DNA of 64,000 nt from Armatimonadota bacterium (GTDB taxonomy: Bacteria; Armatimonadota; HRBIN16): NCBI GenBank assembly GCA_963677485.1, contig OY781964.1:1376001-1440000 (forward strand), in the 5' to 3' direction. The position numbers and the translations under genes were made by a program. How positions within the stretch are numbered: the first letter of the stretch is position 1; every line of letters starts with the position of its first letter. Below the pieces are notes generated by a model that searched no databases, was not told where the DNA came from, and saw nothing but the letters and a program-made list of their open reading frames with translations. Positions 9,839 through 19,147 of the stretch are shown piece by piece.

Positions 9839-10202
9839 TCGGCTTCTTACCGCAGATGTCCTTACTGCCCCGCAATAACTCGCGCTGCGCATCAACGTAG
9901 TTCTTCAAGGACTCACGCAGATCAATCACCGCGCAGGCCAGCATGCCAATTAGCAGCAGGCACATCACAAGCACATAGATGCCAAATGACAACAAAGCTG
10001 TCAATGGCGATCCGATAACGGCCGGTTCAGTTACCAACTTCGAGCACCAGACCAAGAGCGCCATCAGTAAAACCAGGCAGACACTGCCCCACACCCGAGC
10101 CCGGTATTGAACAAGCGACATCATATGGCGTTGAAACGACCACTGCACAACCAATATATACAGCAGCCCAACTATACCTACAGTGATGGCGATTGCGGTC
10201 AT
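9831..10202 (-). CDS. Hypothetical membrane protein (about 3 TM helices)
   Basis: AAGGAGG upstream, hydrophobic helices, overlaps the ribD start. Confidence 0.7.
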   Translation of the reverse strand: MTAIAITVGIVGLLYILVVQWSFQRHMMSLVQYRARVWGSVCLVLLMALLVWCSKLVTEPAVIGSPLTALLSFGIYVLVMCLLLIGMLACAVIDLRESLKNYVDAQRELLRGSKDICGKKPND

Positions 10203-10253
10203 TCGTAGTGCCTCCTTATGAGTCAGCGCATATATGCTAAGTCGTGTTTCGGT

Positions 10254-10341
10254 GTCGTAGGGGCGTCCCTTGTGGGCGCCCTAATCGTTGTTGATTCGAT
10301 AGTTTTGGTTTTAAGGCGCCCACAAGGGACGCCCCTACGAC
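10254..10341. repeat. Inverted pair of GTAG-family REP elements
   Basis: Perfect 27-bp IR gtcgtaggggcgtcccttgtgggcgcc / ggcgcccacaagggacgcccctacgac; related copies at about 2715, 3522, 29355 and 50159. Confidence 0.85.
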
Positions 10342-10379
10342 TTACATGCCTACGGACGCAGTTTGTGTGCAATCACTAC

Positions 10380-10502
10380 TGGTCTACAGACCGCGCCAAT
10401 CTTGTTCCTGACACAGATCCCCATGGCTATCCGCCAGACCGGCGCGGTCTCGAGCCTTCTGCAACCGCTCACCTACGCACAGACCGCCCCGGACTTAGCC
10501 AA
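10380..10502 (+). repeat. Dispersed palindromic repeat (agaccggcgcggtct / agaccgccccggac family)
   Basis: Near-identical copies at 36377-36540 (inverted), 38860-39330 and 55228-55285. Confidence 0.85.
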
Positions 10503-10539
10503 ATGACGGGACCGTATTCGTCAACACATGGCCGCCTGG

Positions 10540-11214
10540 TTAGCGGGCTGATCCAGCAAGTGAACGCAACTCGCTTAAGGCGAATTCAAAGCCCTGGGGA
10601 TGTCCAAAGAGGGCAGAACCAGCCACAAACATGTCCGCACCTGCATTGGCAATGCTGCCGATGGTGGTGCTGTTTACTCCGCCGTCCACCTCCAGCCAAG
10701 CTTTAGATTGGGCGCCATCCAGCATCTCTCGGGCGGCGCGGACTTTAGGGATGCTCTGAGGAATGAAGCTCTGCCCGCCAAATCCCGGATTCACGGTCAT
10801 GATGAGTATCAGGTCGATGTCGCCCAACACATTTTCCAGTATGCAAAGCGGGGTATGTGGATTGAGGGCCACACCCGCTTTGGCTCCGCTCTGCCTGATC
10901 ATGCTTAGCACGCGCTGAAGGTGCGTGCAGGCCTCTGCGTGAACTGTGATGATATCAGCTCCGGCTCTCGCAAAATCAGCCACGTAACGGTCAGGATTCT
11001 CAATCATTAAGTGTATGTCGAATAATGCATTTGAGTGAGGCCGGAGAGCACTCACCACACCGGCACCAAAAGTAATGTTGGGAACAAAATGACCATCCAT
11101 CACATCGAAGTGCAGCAACTCCGCACCGGCCTCCGCGCTCATTTTGGCGTCTTGCCCAAATGCAGCAAAGTCGCTAGAAAGTAAGCTTGGAGAAAAGCTT
11201 ATTGGATTTGCCAT
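10540..11214 (-). CDS. rpe: Ribulose-phosphate 3-epimerase
   Basis: HFDVMDGHFVPNITFG, MTVNPGFGGQ, EVDGG. Confidence 0.97.
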   Translation of the reverse strand: MANPISFSPSLLSSDFAAFGQDAKMSAEAGAELLHFDVMDGHFVPNITFGAGVVSALRPHSNALFDIHLMIENPDRYVADFARAGADIITVHAEACTHLQRVLSMIRQSGAKAGVALNPHTPLCILENVLGDIDLILIMTVNPGFGGQSFIPQSIPKVRAAREMLDGAQSKAWLEVDGGVNSTTIGSIANAGADMFVAGSALFGHPQGFEFALSELRSLAGSAR

Positions 11215-11215
11215 A

Positions 11216-13039
11216 TTACATCTTTACCTCTTTTTTTAGTTCTTCATTAATGAATACGCGGATGACAGCAGATCCGGTGAACTGCAGCGAAACCGCTTGA
11301 GACTTGCCGGAGTCGCACTCCTGCTCCAATGGAATGGAGGTGCCGTTATCGTCTGTCACCTCAACACGAACCATAGAAGTCGGATTACTGCTTGACGGTA
11401 CCTTCACATTCAGTGTGATATCTTTGGTGGCTGATTCACCGGAAGGGGTATTTGATGTACTGTCGGAACTATCTGTCGATGCCCCGTCCGATCCATCGGA
11501 TTTCGCGTCTCCGACCACCGGTTCGCCTTCCTTCAGCCCAAGCAACACAGAGGAATCCCGTAAAGCGGTAGATCCGGGCTGCGGCCGCTGCCATCGGACC
11601 ACACCGCCATCAGAATTCAATAGATCACCCACATTTTTCAACTCAGCCTTCAGTCCCAAGGCCTGCAGCTTAGAAACGGCGTCCTGTTGTGAAAGACCAA
11701 CTAATGAAGGAATGCGTACATCGCGGCTGCCGCTGCTTACCCACACACGCACTTCACGGCCTTGCTTCAGAGTTCGCCCAGCCAGCGGTTCTTGCTTGAA
11801 TACAGTATCCAACGGCGCATCATCACTGGGGGCCTCTTGCACGACCACAAACTGCAGCCCTAAGGACTCCACGACCTTCTTCGCTTCATCTGTCCGAACC
11901 CTTATTAACGCCGGAACTGTGGCTTCACCAGGTCCCTTTGTCATGTATACGAACACTCCAATGAAGGCGGCTAGAATCAAAGCCAGTAAAGTACCCAACA
12001 CCACTAAGGCTGTTTTCAATACATCATTTCCTTTGCGTTCCTCGTATACATCCACATCTTCCGTGTCATTGTGCAGGCTAATGCTATCTGTGGCTGCTAG
12101 CTTCTTTTTCGGCACATGCGATTTGGGAACTACTGGTTTCGCCTTTGCCAACTCCGGGCTGGCCGTATCACCCTTCAAGGGCGTATCCATGGGTGACCAG
12201 CGCAAGCTGCCCCCACTTTTGATCGCCAGATTGACCCGACGTAGGTCTTCCACAAGTTCCGAGGAGTTTTCGTATCTGTCCTTCGGATTCTTTTGCAGGC
12301 ACTTCAGTACGATGCCCTCAAGAGCACGAGGCACGCCAGGATTCTGGTTTCGCGGTGATGGTGGAGGGGTGGATTTATGCTGTTGGGCGACATCATGCGC
12401 ATAGTCTGCCGAGTAAGGAACCATTCCCGTCAGCATTTGATAAAGCAGGCATCCGAAACTGTAGATGTCGATGGCGACGGTAGGATCTCCCGGCTGGAAA
12501 TACTCCGGTGCCATGTATGGCGCAAAATGTTCATACCACTTCATACCGACCGTCTGGTCGTGCCGTAATGCCGGGGCTATACCGAAATTGACAAGTTTGA
12601 GAACACCCTCTCCCGGCTGCATGACCACATTTTGGGGGCAGAGGTAGCCGTGAACCACTCCCGCTTGATGTAGGCTTTCGAGTCCTTGAGCGATCCAGAG
12701 CCCGATTTCCGAAGCAGTACCAGGCGGAAGCTGCGTGTTAGGAATAAACTGCTTAAGGTCGATCCCCCTACGCACATGCTGCGTGACCGCCAGTATCTCG
12801 CCATCATCATCAACGACATCAAGGACCTGTGAAACTCGAGGGCCACCCACGACCTGTACCGATTGCAGCAGCTCCTTCAACATGGCACTTGAGCTACAAC
12901 TGGTGATCTCCTCACAAGGCGCGATCACGATCACATCTTGATGATGCTCGAGGTCGCCTGCCCGGTAATAAGTAAAGAGGGGCGATGCTGAGAACCGTTC
13001 CTTAATCTCATACCTGCCATTTATCACGCGATTGATCAT
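11216..13039 (-). CDS. PknB/Stk1-like Ser/Thr kinase-fold membrane protein with 2 PASTA domains; catalytic motifs degenerate
   Basis: YMAPE, DIYSFG.LLYQMLTG.VPY, CLQKNPKDRY, a TM helix and PASTA repeats, but HGYLCPQN and NFG replace HRDxKPxN and DFG. Confidence 0.85.
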   Translation of the reverse strand: MINRVINGRYEIKERFSASPLFTYYRAGDLEHHQDVIVIAPCEEITSCSSSAMLKELLQSVQVVGGPRVSQVLDVVDDDGEILAVTQHVRRGIDLKQFIPNTQLPPGTASEIGLWIAQGLESLHQAGVVHGYLCPQNVVMQPGEGVLKLVNFGIAPALRHDQTVGMKWYEHFAPYMAPEYFQPGDPTVAIDIYSFGCLLYQMLTGMVPYSADYAHDVAQQHKSTPPPSPRNQNPGVPRALEGIVLKCLQKNPKDRYENSSELVEDLRRVNLAIKSGGSLRWSPMDTPLKGDTASPELAKAKPVVPKSHVPKKKLAATDSISLHNDTEDVDVYEERKGNDVLKTALVVLGTLLALILAAFIGVFVYMTKGPGEATVPALIRVRTDEAKKVVESLGLQFVVVQEAPSDDAPLDTVFKQEPLAGRTLKQGREVRVWVSSGSRDVRIPSLVGLSQQDAVSKLQALGLKAELKNVGDLLNSDGGVVRWQRPQPGSTALRDSSVLLGLKEGEPVVGDAKSDGSDGASTDSSDSTSNTPSGESATKDITLNVKVPSSSNPTSMVRVEVTDDNGTSIPLEQECDSGKSQAVSLQFTGSAVIRVFINEELKKEVKM

Positions 13040-13252
13040 CTATTCACTGCCCCCCACATGATGTGATTGCAGCGTGCCTAAACCCGCGACAATGCAACTC
13101 AAGGCAAACAACACAGCATACACTCTAAACGAAATGTACACCAGTAAAGACGGTAGTATTCCGCTAACTAGATGCTGAAGTGCATATGTTAGTGCCAGAA
13201 GAATGGCAAAACATGCCCATGCGGTTCGCACCCAGTTCGAGTATTTTGTCAT
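13040..13252 (-). CDS. Small hypothetical membrane protein
   Basis: Two hydrophobic helices; tightly coupled between aroB and the kinase gene. Confidence 0.6.
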   Translation of the reverse strand: MTKYSNWVRTAWACFAILLALTYALQHLVSGILPSLLVYISFRVYAVLFALSCIVAGLGTLQSHHVGGSE

Positions 13253-14373
13253 TTCTCTCGGGATTCCCCATATATTTCACGGTGCGTCTGAATGGCCTTC
13301 AGCATCTGAGTGGAATCAACCGTCACAATGGGCAGGCTCACAGAACCTACACTGCTGATGAACACGAACTTCACCGATCCGCGTGCGCTCTTTTTATCTC
13401 TCGACATCTGCTGTACAATCTCTTGATCATACAACAATGCCGGTATGGATTGGCTAAACCCGAACAGATCCATGTCATGAGCGATTCGTTGGTGTGTGCC
13501 CTGCTCGGTATAGCCGAGTTGCTCACCCAGAATAGCTGCGTAGATCATTCCCACAGCAATGGCCTCACCATGAAGCATATGCCCCAGCCCCATCAGAGCT
13601 TCAATAGAATGGCCCAGCGTATGCCCATAGTTGAGCATGGCTCGTACGCCGCCTTCGCGTTCATCCTGCTGCACGACATCACTTTTGATCTGGCAGCAGC
13701 GGGCGATAATCTCTGGCCACTCACGATGGGTACTCTTCAGTAAGCTCACACCGGAATTAGTTAACTGGCTGGCAAGCTGAACATCCTGAATATAACCGTA
13801 CTTCAACACCTCAGCCAACCCGCTTCGCATCTGTCTTCGGGGCAGTGTATTCAGTGTGCTGATATCGGCAATCACAAGTTCAGGCTGGTAGAACGCACCT
13901 GCGAGGTTTTTACCTTCAGGCAGATCGACACCCGTCTTGCCGCCCACGCTCGAATCAACCTGAGCCAACAGCGTGGTCGGTATCTGAACAAATGGGATAC
14001 CCCTCATATAGCAACTGGCAGCGAACCCTGTCATATCACCAACCACCCCGCCACCCAGCGCGATGGCTGCTGAGCCGCGATCAAGTCCCGCCTCAGCCCA
14101 TGTCCTCAGCAGTTTCCCGATCTGCGCCCAAGTCTTGTGACGTTCGCCGGCGGGAACCAGGCACGGCACTGGGATAATTCCGATTTTGAGAAGTTCTTGA
14201 AACAGTTGGTCACCATATAGTTTCCAAATAACAGGGTGACTTACAATAGCGACATGCCGACCGGCGTAAGCCGACATGGCACCAATTTCTTGAAAAATGC
14301 TTCTACCAATGTGGATCAGGTATGATCGATCATCCAGAGGAACCTCAATGGTTCGCTTGATGCCATCCTGCAT
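13249..14373 (-). CDS. aroB: 3-dehydroquinate synthase
   Basis: GGGVVGD, PTTLLAQVDSSVGGKTG, LNYGHTLGH, HGEAIA. Confidence 0.97.
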   Translation of the reverse strand: MQDGIKRTIEVPLDDRSYLIHIGRSIFQEIGAMSAYAGRHVAIVSHPVIWKLYGDQLFQELLKIGIIPVPCLVPAGERHKTWAQIGKLLRTWAEAGLDRGSAAIALGGGVVGDMTGFAASCYMRGIPFVQIPTTLLAQVDSSVGGKTGVDLPEGKNLAGAFYQPELVIADISTLNTLPRRQMRSGLAEVLKYGYIQDVQLASQLTNSGVSLLKSTHREWPEIIARCCQIKSDVVQQDEREGGVRAMLNYGHTLGHSIEALMGLGHMLHGEAIAVGMIYAAILGEQLGYTEQGTHQRIAHDMDLFGFSQSIPALLYDQEIVQQMSRDKKSARGSVKFVFISSVGSVSLPIVTVDSTQMLKAIQTHREIYGESREK

Positions 14374-14902
14374 CTTTCAGCCACCTCTTAATCTGCCGTA
14401 TTGTGTCTATCTGCTGGAATATGGAGGTATCTATTCTTTTATCTGCTGTTGCACAGTATATCGGTTCTCTAAGCTGAAACATATCGATGATCGTCTGCAA
14501 TGGGTCGTTGCTATCTCTTAACAGCGGTCTTGAGTTTCTATCGCCCACCCGCCGCAATGTGACCTCTGGTGAGGCAGACAGCCATATGATGGTGCAGTGC
14601 TTTCGAAGGCTGCTCACATTATCGGGGTTGAGTGGCGTTCCACCCCCAGTTGCGATGACCACACCATTTAGCCCTTCCAGGCTAATGATGGTTTCGTGTT
14701 CTAAGGCCCGAAAGGCCTCTTCACCGTAGAAGGAAAAATAATCGGTGACACTCATTCCAGTCTTTTCTTCTATCAGTATGTCCGTATCTACATATTGGTA
14801 GTTGAAAGCCGATGCCAGTCTACGCCCGGTTGAACTTTTCCCGCATCCCATGAATCCTATGAGTGCGATGTTCTGTGGCAGTCTTCTGCGGTTATCTTTC
14901 AT
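14345..14902 (-). CDS. aroK: Shikimate kinase
   Basis: GFMGCGKSS P-loop, GEEAFR..E, IATGGG, RPLL. Confidence 0.96.
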   Translation of the reverse strand: MKDNRRRLPQNIALIGFMGCGKSSTGRRLASAFNYQYVDTDILIEEKTGMSVTDYFSFYGEEAFRALEHETIISLEGLNGVVIATGGGTPLNPDNVSSLRKHCTIIWLSASPEVTLRRVGDRNSRPLLRDSNDPLQTIIDMFQLREPIYCATADKRIDTSIFQQIDTIRQIKRWLKDAGWHQANH

Positions 14903-14914
14903 ATTTCATCGTGT

Positions 14915-14946
14915 AAAAAAACGGGAGCAGTCAATCACTGCCCCCG
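14915..14946 (-). terminator. Intrinsic terminator after the secretin gene
   Basis: Minus strand cgggggcagt-gattg-actgctcccg followed by T7. Confidence 0.75.
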
Positions 14947-14970
14947 CCTCGGTGTTAGTCTCCTGTAGAT

Positions 14971-16653
14971 TTAAGGAGTAACGCTGCTAGCCAAAGGCCC
15001 GTTCGAATCATCTAGAATACGTGCCGTCAGGAAGATCAACAACTCAACATCCGCAGTCTCATTACTTTGAGATCGGAAAAGTGAGCCGATCCAGGGCAAG
15101 TCGGAGAGAAGCGGAATCTTACCGGTGCTGCGGCTATCGCTGCGTCGGACAAATCCGCCAATCACGACTGTCTCGCCACTATTGACGATACGGGTGGCTT
15201 CCACGTATTGTCGGGTGGTGACAGGTGCTTCCGTTCCATCCGGTCCCTTTTTGAACTCAGGCACATCTTCAACCTGCAGAGGCAGATCGATCAGGATGCG
15301 TCCATCACCCAAAATGGTTGGCTGAACGGTCATTGATGTGTCAGTCGTGTAGTTTTGAACGTCGTAAGTTGTCAGGTTGCCCGTAGTGCTACTTGTAACT
15401 TGGGCCACCCATACTGGGTAATCCGTCTGTGTTCCGACCTGTGCGGGAACATTGTTCAGCGTGGTGATGATGGGCGCCTGCGACACGCGACCTTTTGAGT
15501 TGGTCAGCATCGCCCGCAGTTCAGTTACCAGATTGCCCGTGGCATATTTTATAAACACAGGGGCAGCACTGTTGGCAAATGACCCAGAAGTTGTTCCCGC
15601 CTGAGTATTTACTTGCTGTACTAGCCAGTCTATACCAAGTCGTTTTGTCTCACTTAAACTGATAGTCACAAACTCTGCTTTCACTTCAACCTGTTGTTGA
15701 GGAACGTCAAGCAGTCGAATTCTCTTGCGTACGGAGTTGATGAAGTCCTCATCACCGGTTACGACCAAGCTGTTGTCAATGTCAAGAGCTGCGATTTCTT
15801 CGCCCACACCCTCGAGTCCAGGGAAGCTAATTTGGCCTCTAGTTCCGCCCATACCAGTGGCTCCACCGCCACCCATCATACCGCCTGTACCAGTGGTTCC
15901 GCCGCCCATGCCTCCGGTAGCCATGCCGCCCTGATTTCCACTACGACCGCCGCTTTGGCTGCCACCACGGTTACCAAATCCGCCGCTTTGGTTTCCGCCA
16001 CCAAACTGGTTAAGGCCGCTGTCTGGGGTTTCAGACATATTAGCAGATTCTTCACCAGAATTCATGAAGGGGTTCGGGACGCTTATCAACGCCTCGGGTT
16101 TGCTAATAACCTGTTGGTTCACGCCCTGAAGCATCCTCTGGAAGGTGTCGTTGTTACGGCTGGAGGTATCACCTGCACGACCAACCACACCCATCGCACT
16201 CAGTAAGTCGCTCGGGCGAGAGTATTGCACACGGATTTTTTCTGTTCGATGCCGTTCAGGCACAGCCTGTACTATGCTAGCCGGAACCGACGGAACACTT
16301 GAGGTGACGGCTTGCTTAGGTCCAACAACATATGTGCCATCTTCCAGCTTGACAACCTGAGCTCCCGCGGAGCGTGCAATGTATTGCAGTGCTTTGTCTA
16401 GCGGAACATCGTGAAGATTGACAGCTACCTGTCCATAAGGATTCTCGCTGGGCTCGAACACGATACTCGCGCCTGATTGCTGCATCAGCATGTTAATGGC
16501 GGTGCGTAAATCAGCATCAATTAGCTTCAGGTTCACCGTCTGTTCATTACCGGATGGAGCCTGTGCCTCCACTATTGTAGCCGTCAACACACCGCAACAT
16601 GATACAGCGGCTGTGAGCGTCACTATCCGACTTAGCCGGTCTCTAAGACTCAT
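14971..16653 (-). CDS. Type II/IV secretin (PilQ/GspD family)
   Basis: AGGAGG before ATG 16653. C-terminal secretin signature V.SGETVVIGG...KIPLLSDLPWIGSLF...ELLIFLTARI. Confidence 0.9.
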   Translation of the reverse strand: MSLRDRLSRIVTLTAAVSCCGVLTATIVEAQAPSGNEQTVNLKLIDADLRTAINMLMQQSGASIVFEPSENPYGQVAVNLHDVPLDKALQYIARSAGAQVVKLEDGTYVVGPKQAVTSSVPSVPASIVQAVPERHRTEKIRVQYSRPSDLLSAMGVVGRAGDTSSRNNDTFQRMLQGVNQQVISKPEALISVPNPFMNSGEESANMSETPDSGLNQFGGGNQSGGFGNRGGSQSGGRSGNQGGMATGGMGGGTTGTGGMMGGGGATGMGGTRGQISFPGLEGVGEEIAALDIDNSLVVTGDEDFINSVRKRIRLLDVPQQQVEVKAEFVTISLSETKRLGIDWLVQQVNTQAGTTSGSFANSAAPVFIKYATGNLVTELRAMLTNSKGRVSQAPIITTLNNVPAQVGTQTDYPVWVAQVTSSTTGNLTTYDVQNYTTDTSMTVQPTILGDGRILIDLPLQVEDVPEFKKGPDGTEAPVTTRQYVEATRIVNSGETVVIGGFVRRSDSRSTGKIPLLSDLPWIGSLFRSQSNETADVELLIFLTARILDDSNGPLASSVTP

Positions 16654-16699
16654 CTGATGCGTCCTCCTGAGGAATTTAAACCAGTCTGTTGCATAAATT

Positions 16700-17347
16700 T
16701 CATCGCCATGAACTGTTACTGGAACTAGAGCTTCGGTTGCTGCTGCTGCTGCTGCTGTTTCCAAAACCGCTGCTACTGTTGCTGCCGCTGCCGCTGCTGT
16801 TGCTGTTTCCAAAGCCGCTGCTGCCGTTACTGCCATTATTGTTGCTGTTATTGCCGTTCTGCTGCCAATAACTGCCACTCACCTGCAGTAAAGTGCCGCC
16901 CAACATGTATGCGATCATACTGGCGTCTGCATAACGCAACTTAATTTTTTCAGTGCGCTTGGTGCTTTTTTGCTCTTCGATCTGCGTCGTCTCGGCGGTG
17001 ATTCCGTCAACAGTATCTACCTGCTTGGTGATGACGTAAATGTCGCTCTCCTTGCGGTAGGTGAGGTTTGCCGACTTTAGAATGTTCCGCAATGCCACAT
17101 CGAATGAGACATTCGGCAGCGACATGGTGATCGCCGTCTGGTCGATCTCTGAGTCGCGGAAGGAATACTTCAACTCAGGACGCTGTTTAAAGAGCATTTC
17201 GAGAGCATCGGATACACGCGCAGCCTTTAGTGAGATGGATACGCTAGCTGTATCAGCTGTATCCGCTGGCTGGTCCTGAGCCACGCATAGGCCGGTGGCA
17301 AACAGCGCTAAGCCAATCACCGTAGCCATGATCTTATAGTGTTTCAT
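16700..17347 (-). CDS. Exported protein resembling the secretin N-terminal (STN/N) domains, with an S/N/G-rich tail
   Basis: Signal peptide; ITMSLPNVSFDVALRNIL and TEKIKLRYAD parallel the N-terminus of the adjacent secretin. Confidence 0.7.
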   Translation of the reverse strand: MKHYKIMATVIGLALFATGLCVAQDQPADTADTASVSISLKAARVSDALEMLFKQRPELKYSFRDSEIDQTAITMSLPNVSFDVALRNILKSANLTYRKESDIYVITKQVDTVDGITAETTQIEEQKSTKRTEKIKLRYADASMIAYMLGGTLLQVSGSYWQQNGNNSNNNGSNGSSGFGNSNSSGSGSNSSSGFGNSSSSSSNRSSSSSNSSWR

Positions 17348-17455
17348 GATCGTCCTCCAGAGAACTGAACGGAAAGAAATTCATATTCGGGCAAGCCCGA
17401 AGATATCGTACCATTATTTGACCGTAAAATGCTCACTTCCGTTACACAGAAGTGA

Positions 17456-18292
17456 TTACCTGCCGGGCATCATGGGCATTGTAGGAACTCCCGGCATCGT
17501 CATACTACCAGGGCCAATGGGCATTGAAGGCATCGTCGTGCCTCCGGTGTTTCGGTTTGTGCCTGTAGTGGCGGCATTTTCGAAATTCAAATTCATTTCG
17601 TAGCGCTTACCTTCGGTCGGTATAAGCACGACACGCTGTGGTTCTATGCGAATCACGCGGTATCGTCCCTCTACCATATCACCTGCATGTACTATCATGG
17701 TACCCCGTTCGATCTCAATAATTGCTGCCACTGGCTGATCCAGCATAACACCAACCATGCGCCCCTTGAGTGCAGGTATCTCAACCTGACTGCTGGCATC
17801 AGCAGCCTGCTGCTGCTGTTTCGTTTGCTGCAAAGCCGCTTCGTCAGGCTGAATGCGCAATCGGTACTGATTTAACTCCGTCAAGTTTGTCCAAGCATTA
17901 TTGGTATTGTTTCCCAATACTTCCCATGCCATGAGTTTGAACGGGTCTTTTCGATAAGACTTAGGACGATTGGCTTTCTCAGTCGGTGTGCAAGGGGCGT
18001 ACTGACTGCATGGTGATGCGGATGGTGCACCCGCTTTTGCCCCAGCCGCTCCAGGTGCTGATGCTGCACCGGGCATACCCATTCCTGCTGGCATGCCCAT
18101 GCCACTGGTGCCAACAGCCTGTCCACCGCTTGGCATGGCCATAGGACCACCACCGGGGATAGAGGGACCGGCTCCACTTTGGGCGTACGCCTTGGGTGGA
18201 AGCTGGTTTGTTCCAAACTGAATTGCCGCCGCGCCCAGTAAAACCACGCCTATGCCCACAGCGGAGAGAGTCATCTTCTGTTTTCGATCCAT
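17456..18292 (-). CDS. PilP-position protein of the pilus alignment complex
   Basis: N-terminal TM helix, RKDPF motif, MVG...AAII...IVHAGD..EGRYRVIRI; sits after the pilO-like gene. Confidence 0.65.
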   Translation of the reverse strand: MDRKQKMTLSAVGIGVVLLGAAAIQFGTNQLPPKAYAQSGAGPSIPGGGPMAMPSGGQAVGTSGMGMPAGMGMPGAASAPGAAGAKAGAPSASPCSQYAPCTPTEKANRPKSYRKDPFKLMAWEVLGNNTNNAWTNLTELNQYRLRIQPDEAALQQTKQQQQAADASSQVEIPALKGRMVGVMLDQPVAAIIEIERGTMIVHAGDMVEGRYRVIRIEPQRVVLIPTEGKRYEMNLNFENAATTGTNRNTGGTTMPSMPIGPGSMTMPGVPTMPMMPGR

Positions 18293-18326
18293 AATCAAAT
18301 TACCTCTTGCTTGCTGCTAAGCTTAG

Positions 18327-19097
18327 TTATTGCGCAGGCGGTCTGGGCATCATAGTGGTGCCAGGAGCCCCGAAGCTACCCGCACCGGGAGTTGATAGTG
18401 GAGCACCAAGGCTGGGGGGTGCACCAAGACCACCACGAGGAGCTGCTGCGGCAGGTGTAGAAGCTCCTGCTGGTTGAGCTCCGTCAATGGTCTGGTAAAG
18501 CTGAGCTGTGTATGTAGCCACTAGATTAGGACTGGTGCCCGCTAAGCTCACTCCATCGATCATGACTAATCGAGGTGCCTTGTTCCACTTCTCGAGATGG
18601 TGCAATACTGCTTGAAAATCGCCTGTAGCTGTAAACTGACCGCCATCAGCATTCCATGTGCCCTTAGGCAATGCCATTGGGTCATAACCAGGCGGAGGTA
18701 GAGTAAAAGCGCCTGAAATCCGCACACCCTTTTGAGAGCCGATCCACTTTCTCATGAAAGAGGTAAGGTACTCAGGCTCGCGCCAGAAGGTGGGCATCTT
18801 TTGGATCATAGTATCACGGTCCGCGCTTTTCACCTCAAGATGGATGGGCATCACACGAGCCTTGATATTATTCCAGGTGGTTTGTATGACGGCTTTTAAG
18901 GCAACAGCATCAGCCAGTTTCTTTTCAACCGGTCTTCGTTGAGCCGCGCGAGCGGTATACTGCTCGATCTGGCCGTTTAGCCCTTCGATTTCCTTTTTCA
19001 TGGGCCGAACAATCACAAAGAACGTGGCAACCACGATGTTCAAAGCGATCATTACACTGATCACTATGATATTTAGCCTAGTTATCTTGGAGAGCAT
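18327..19097 (-). CDS. PilO-like protein
   Basis: N-terminal TM helix plus coiled coil; TGDFQAVLHHL...PRLVMIDGVSL resembles PilO; synteny. Confidence 0.7.
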   Translation of the reverse strand: MLSKITRLNIIVISVMIALNIVVATFFVIVRPMKKEIEGLNGQIEQYTARAAQRRPVEKKLADAVALKAVIQTTWNNIKARVMPIHLEVKSADRDTMIQKMPTFWREPEYLTSFMRKWIGSQKGVRISGAFTLPPPGYDPMALPKGTWNADGGQFTATGDFQAVLHHLEKWNKAPRLVMIDGVSLAGTSPNLVATYTAQLYQTIDGAQPAGASTPAAAAPRGGLGAPPSLGAPLSTPGAGSFGAPGTTMMPRPPAQ

Positions 19098-19147
19098 ATT
19101 CAGTGAATCCCCTATGCTTTATGTTACACGCCTTGTCGATCGATCGG

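Noticed and set aside
9840-10540. FMN riboswitch upstream of ribD
   Set aside because: No RFN consensus recognised; the space holds a membrane gene and REP repeats.
16654-16878. Ala-rich N-terminal extension of the secretin in the ORF track
   Set aside because: Out-of-frame reading of the upstream gene's Ser/Asn tail; AGGAGG supports ATG 16653.
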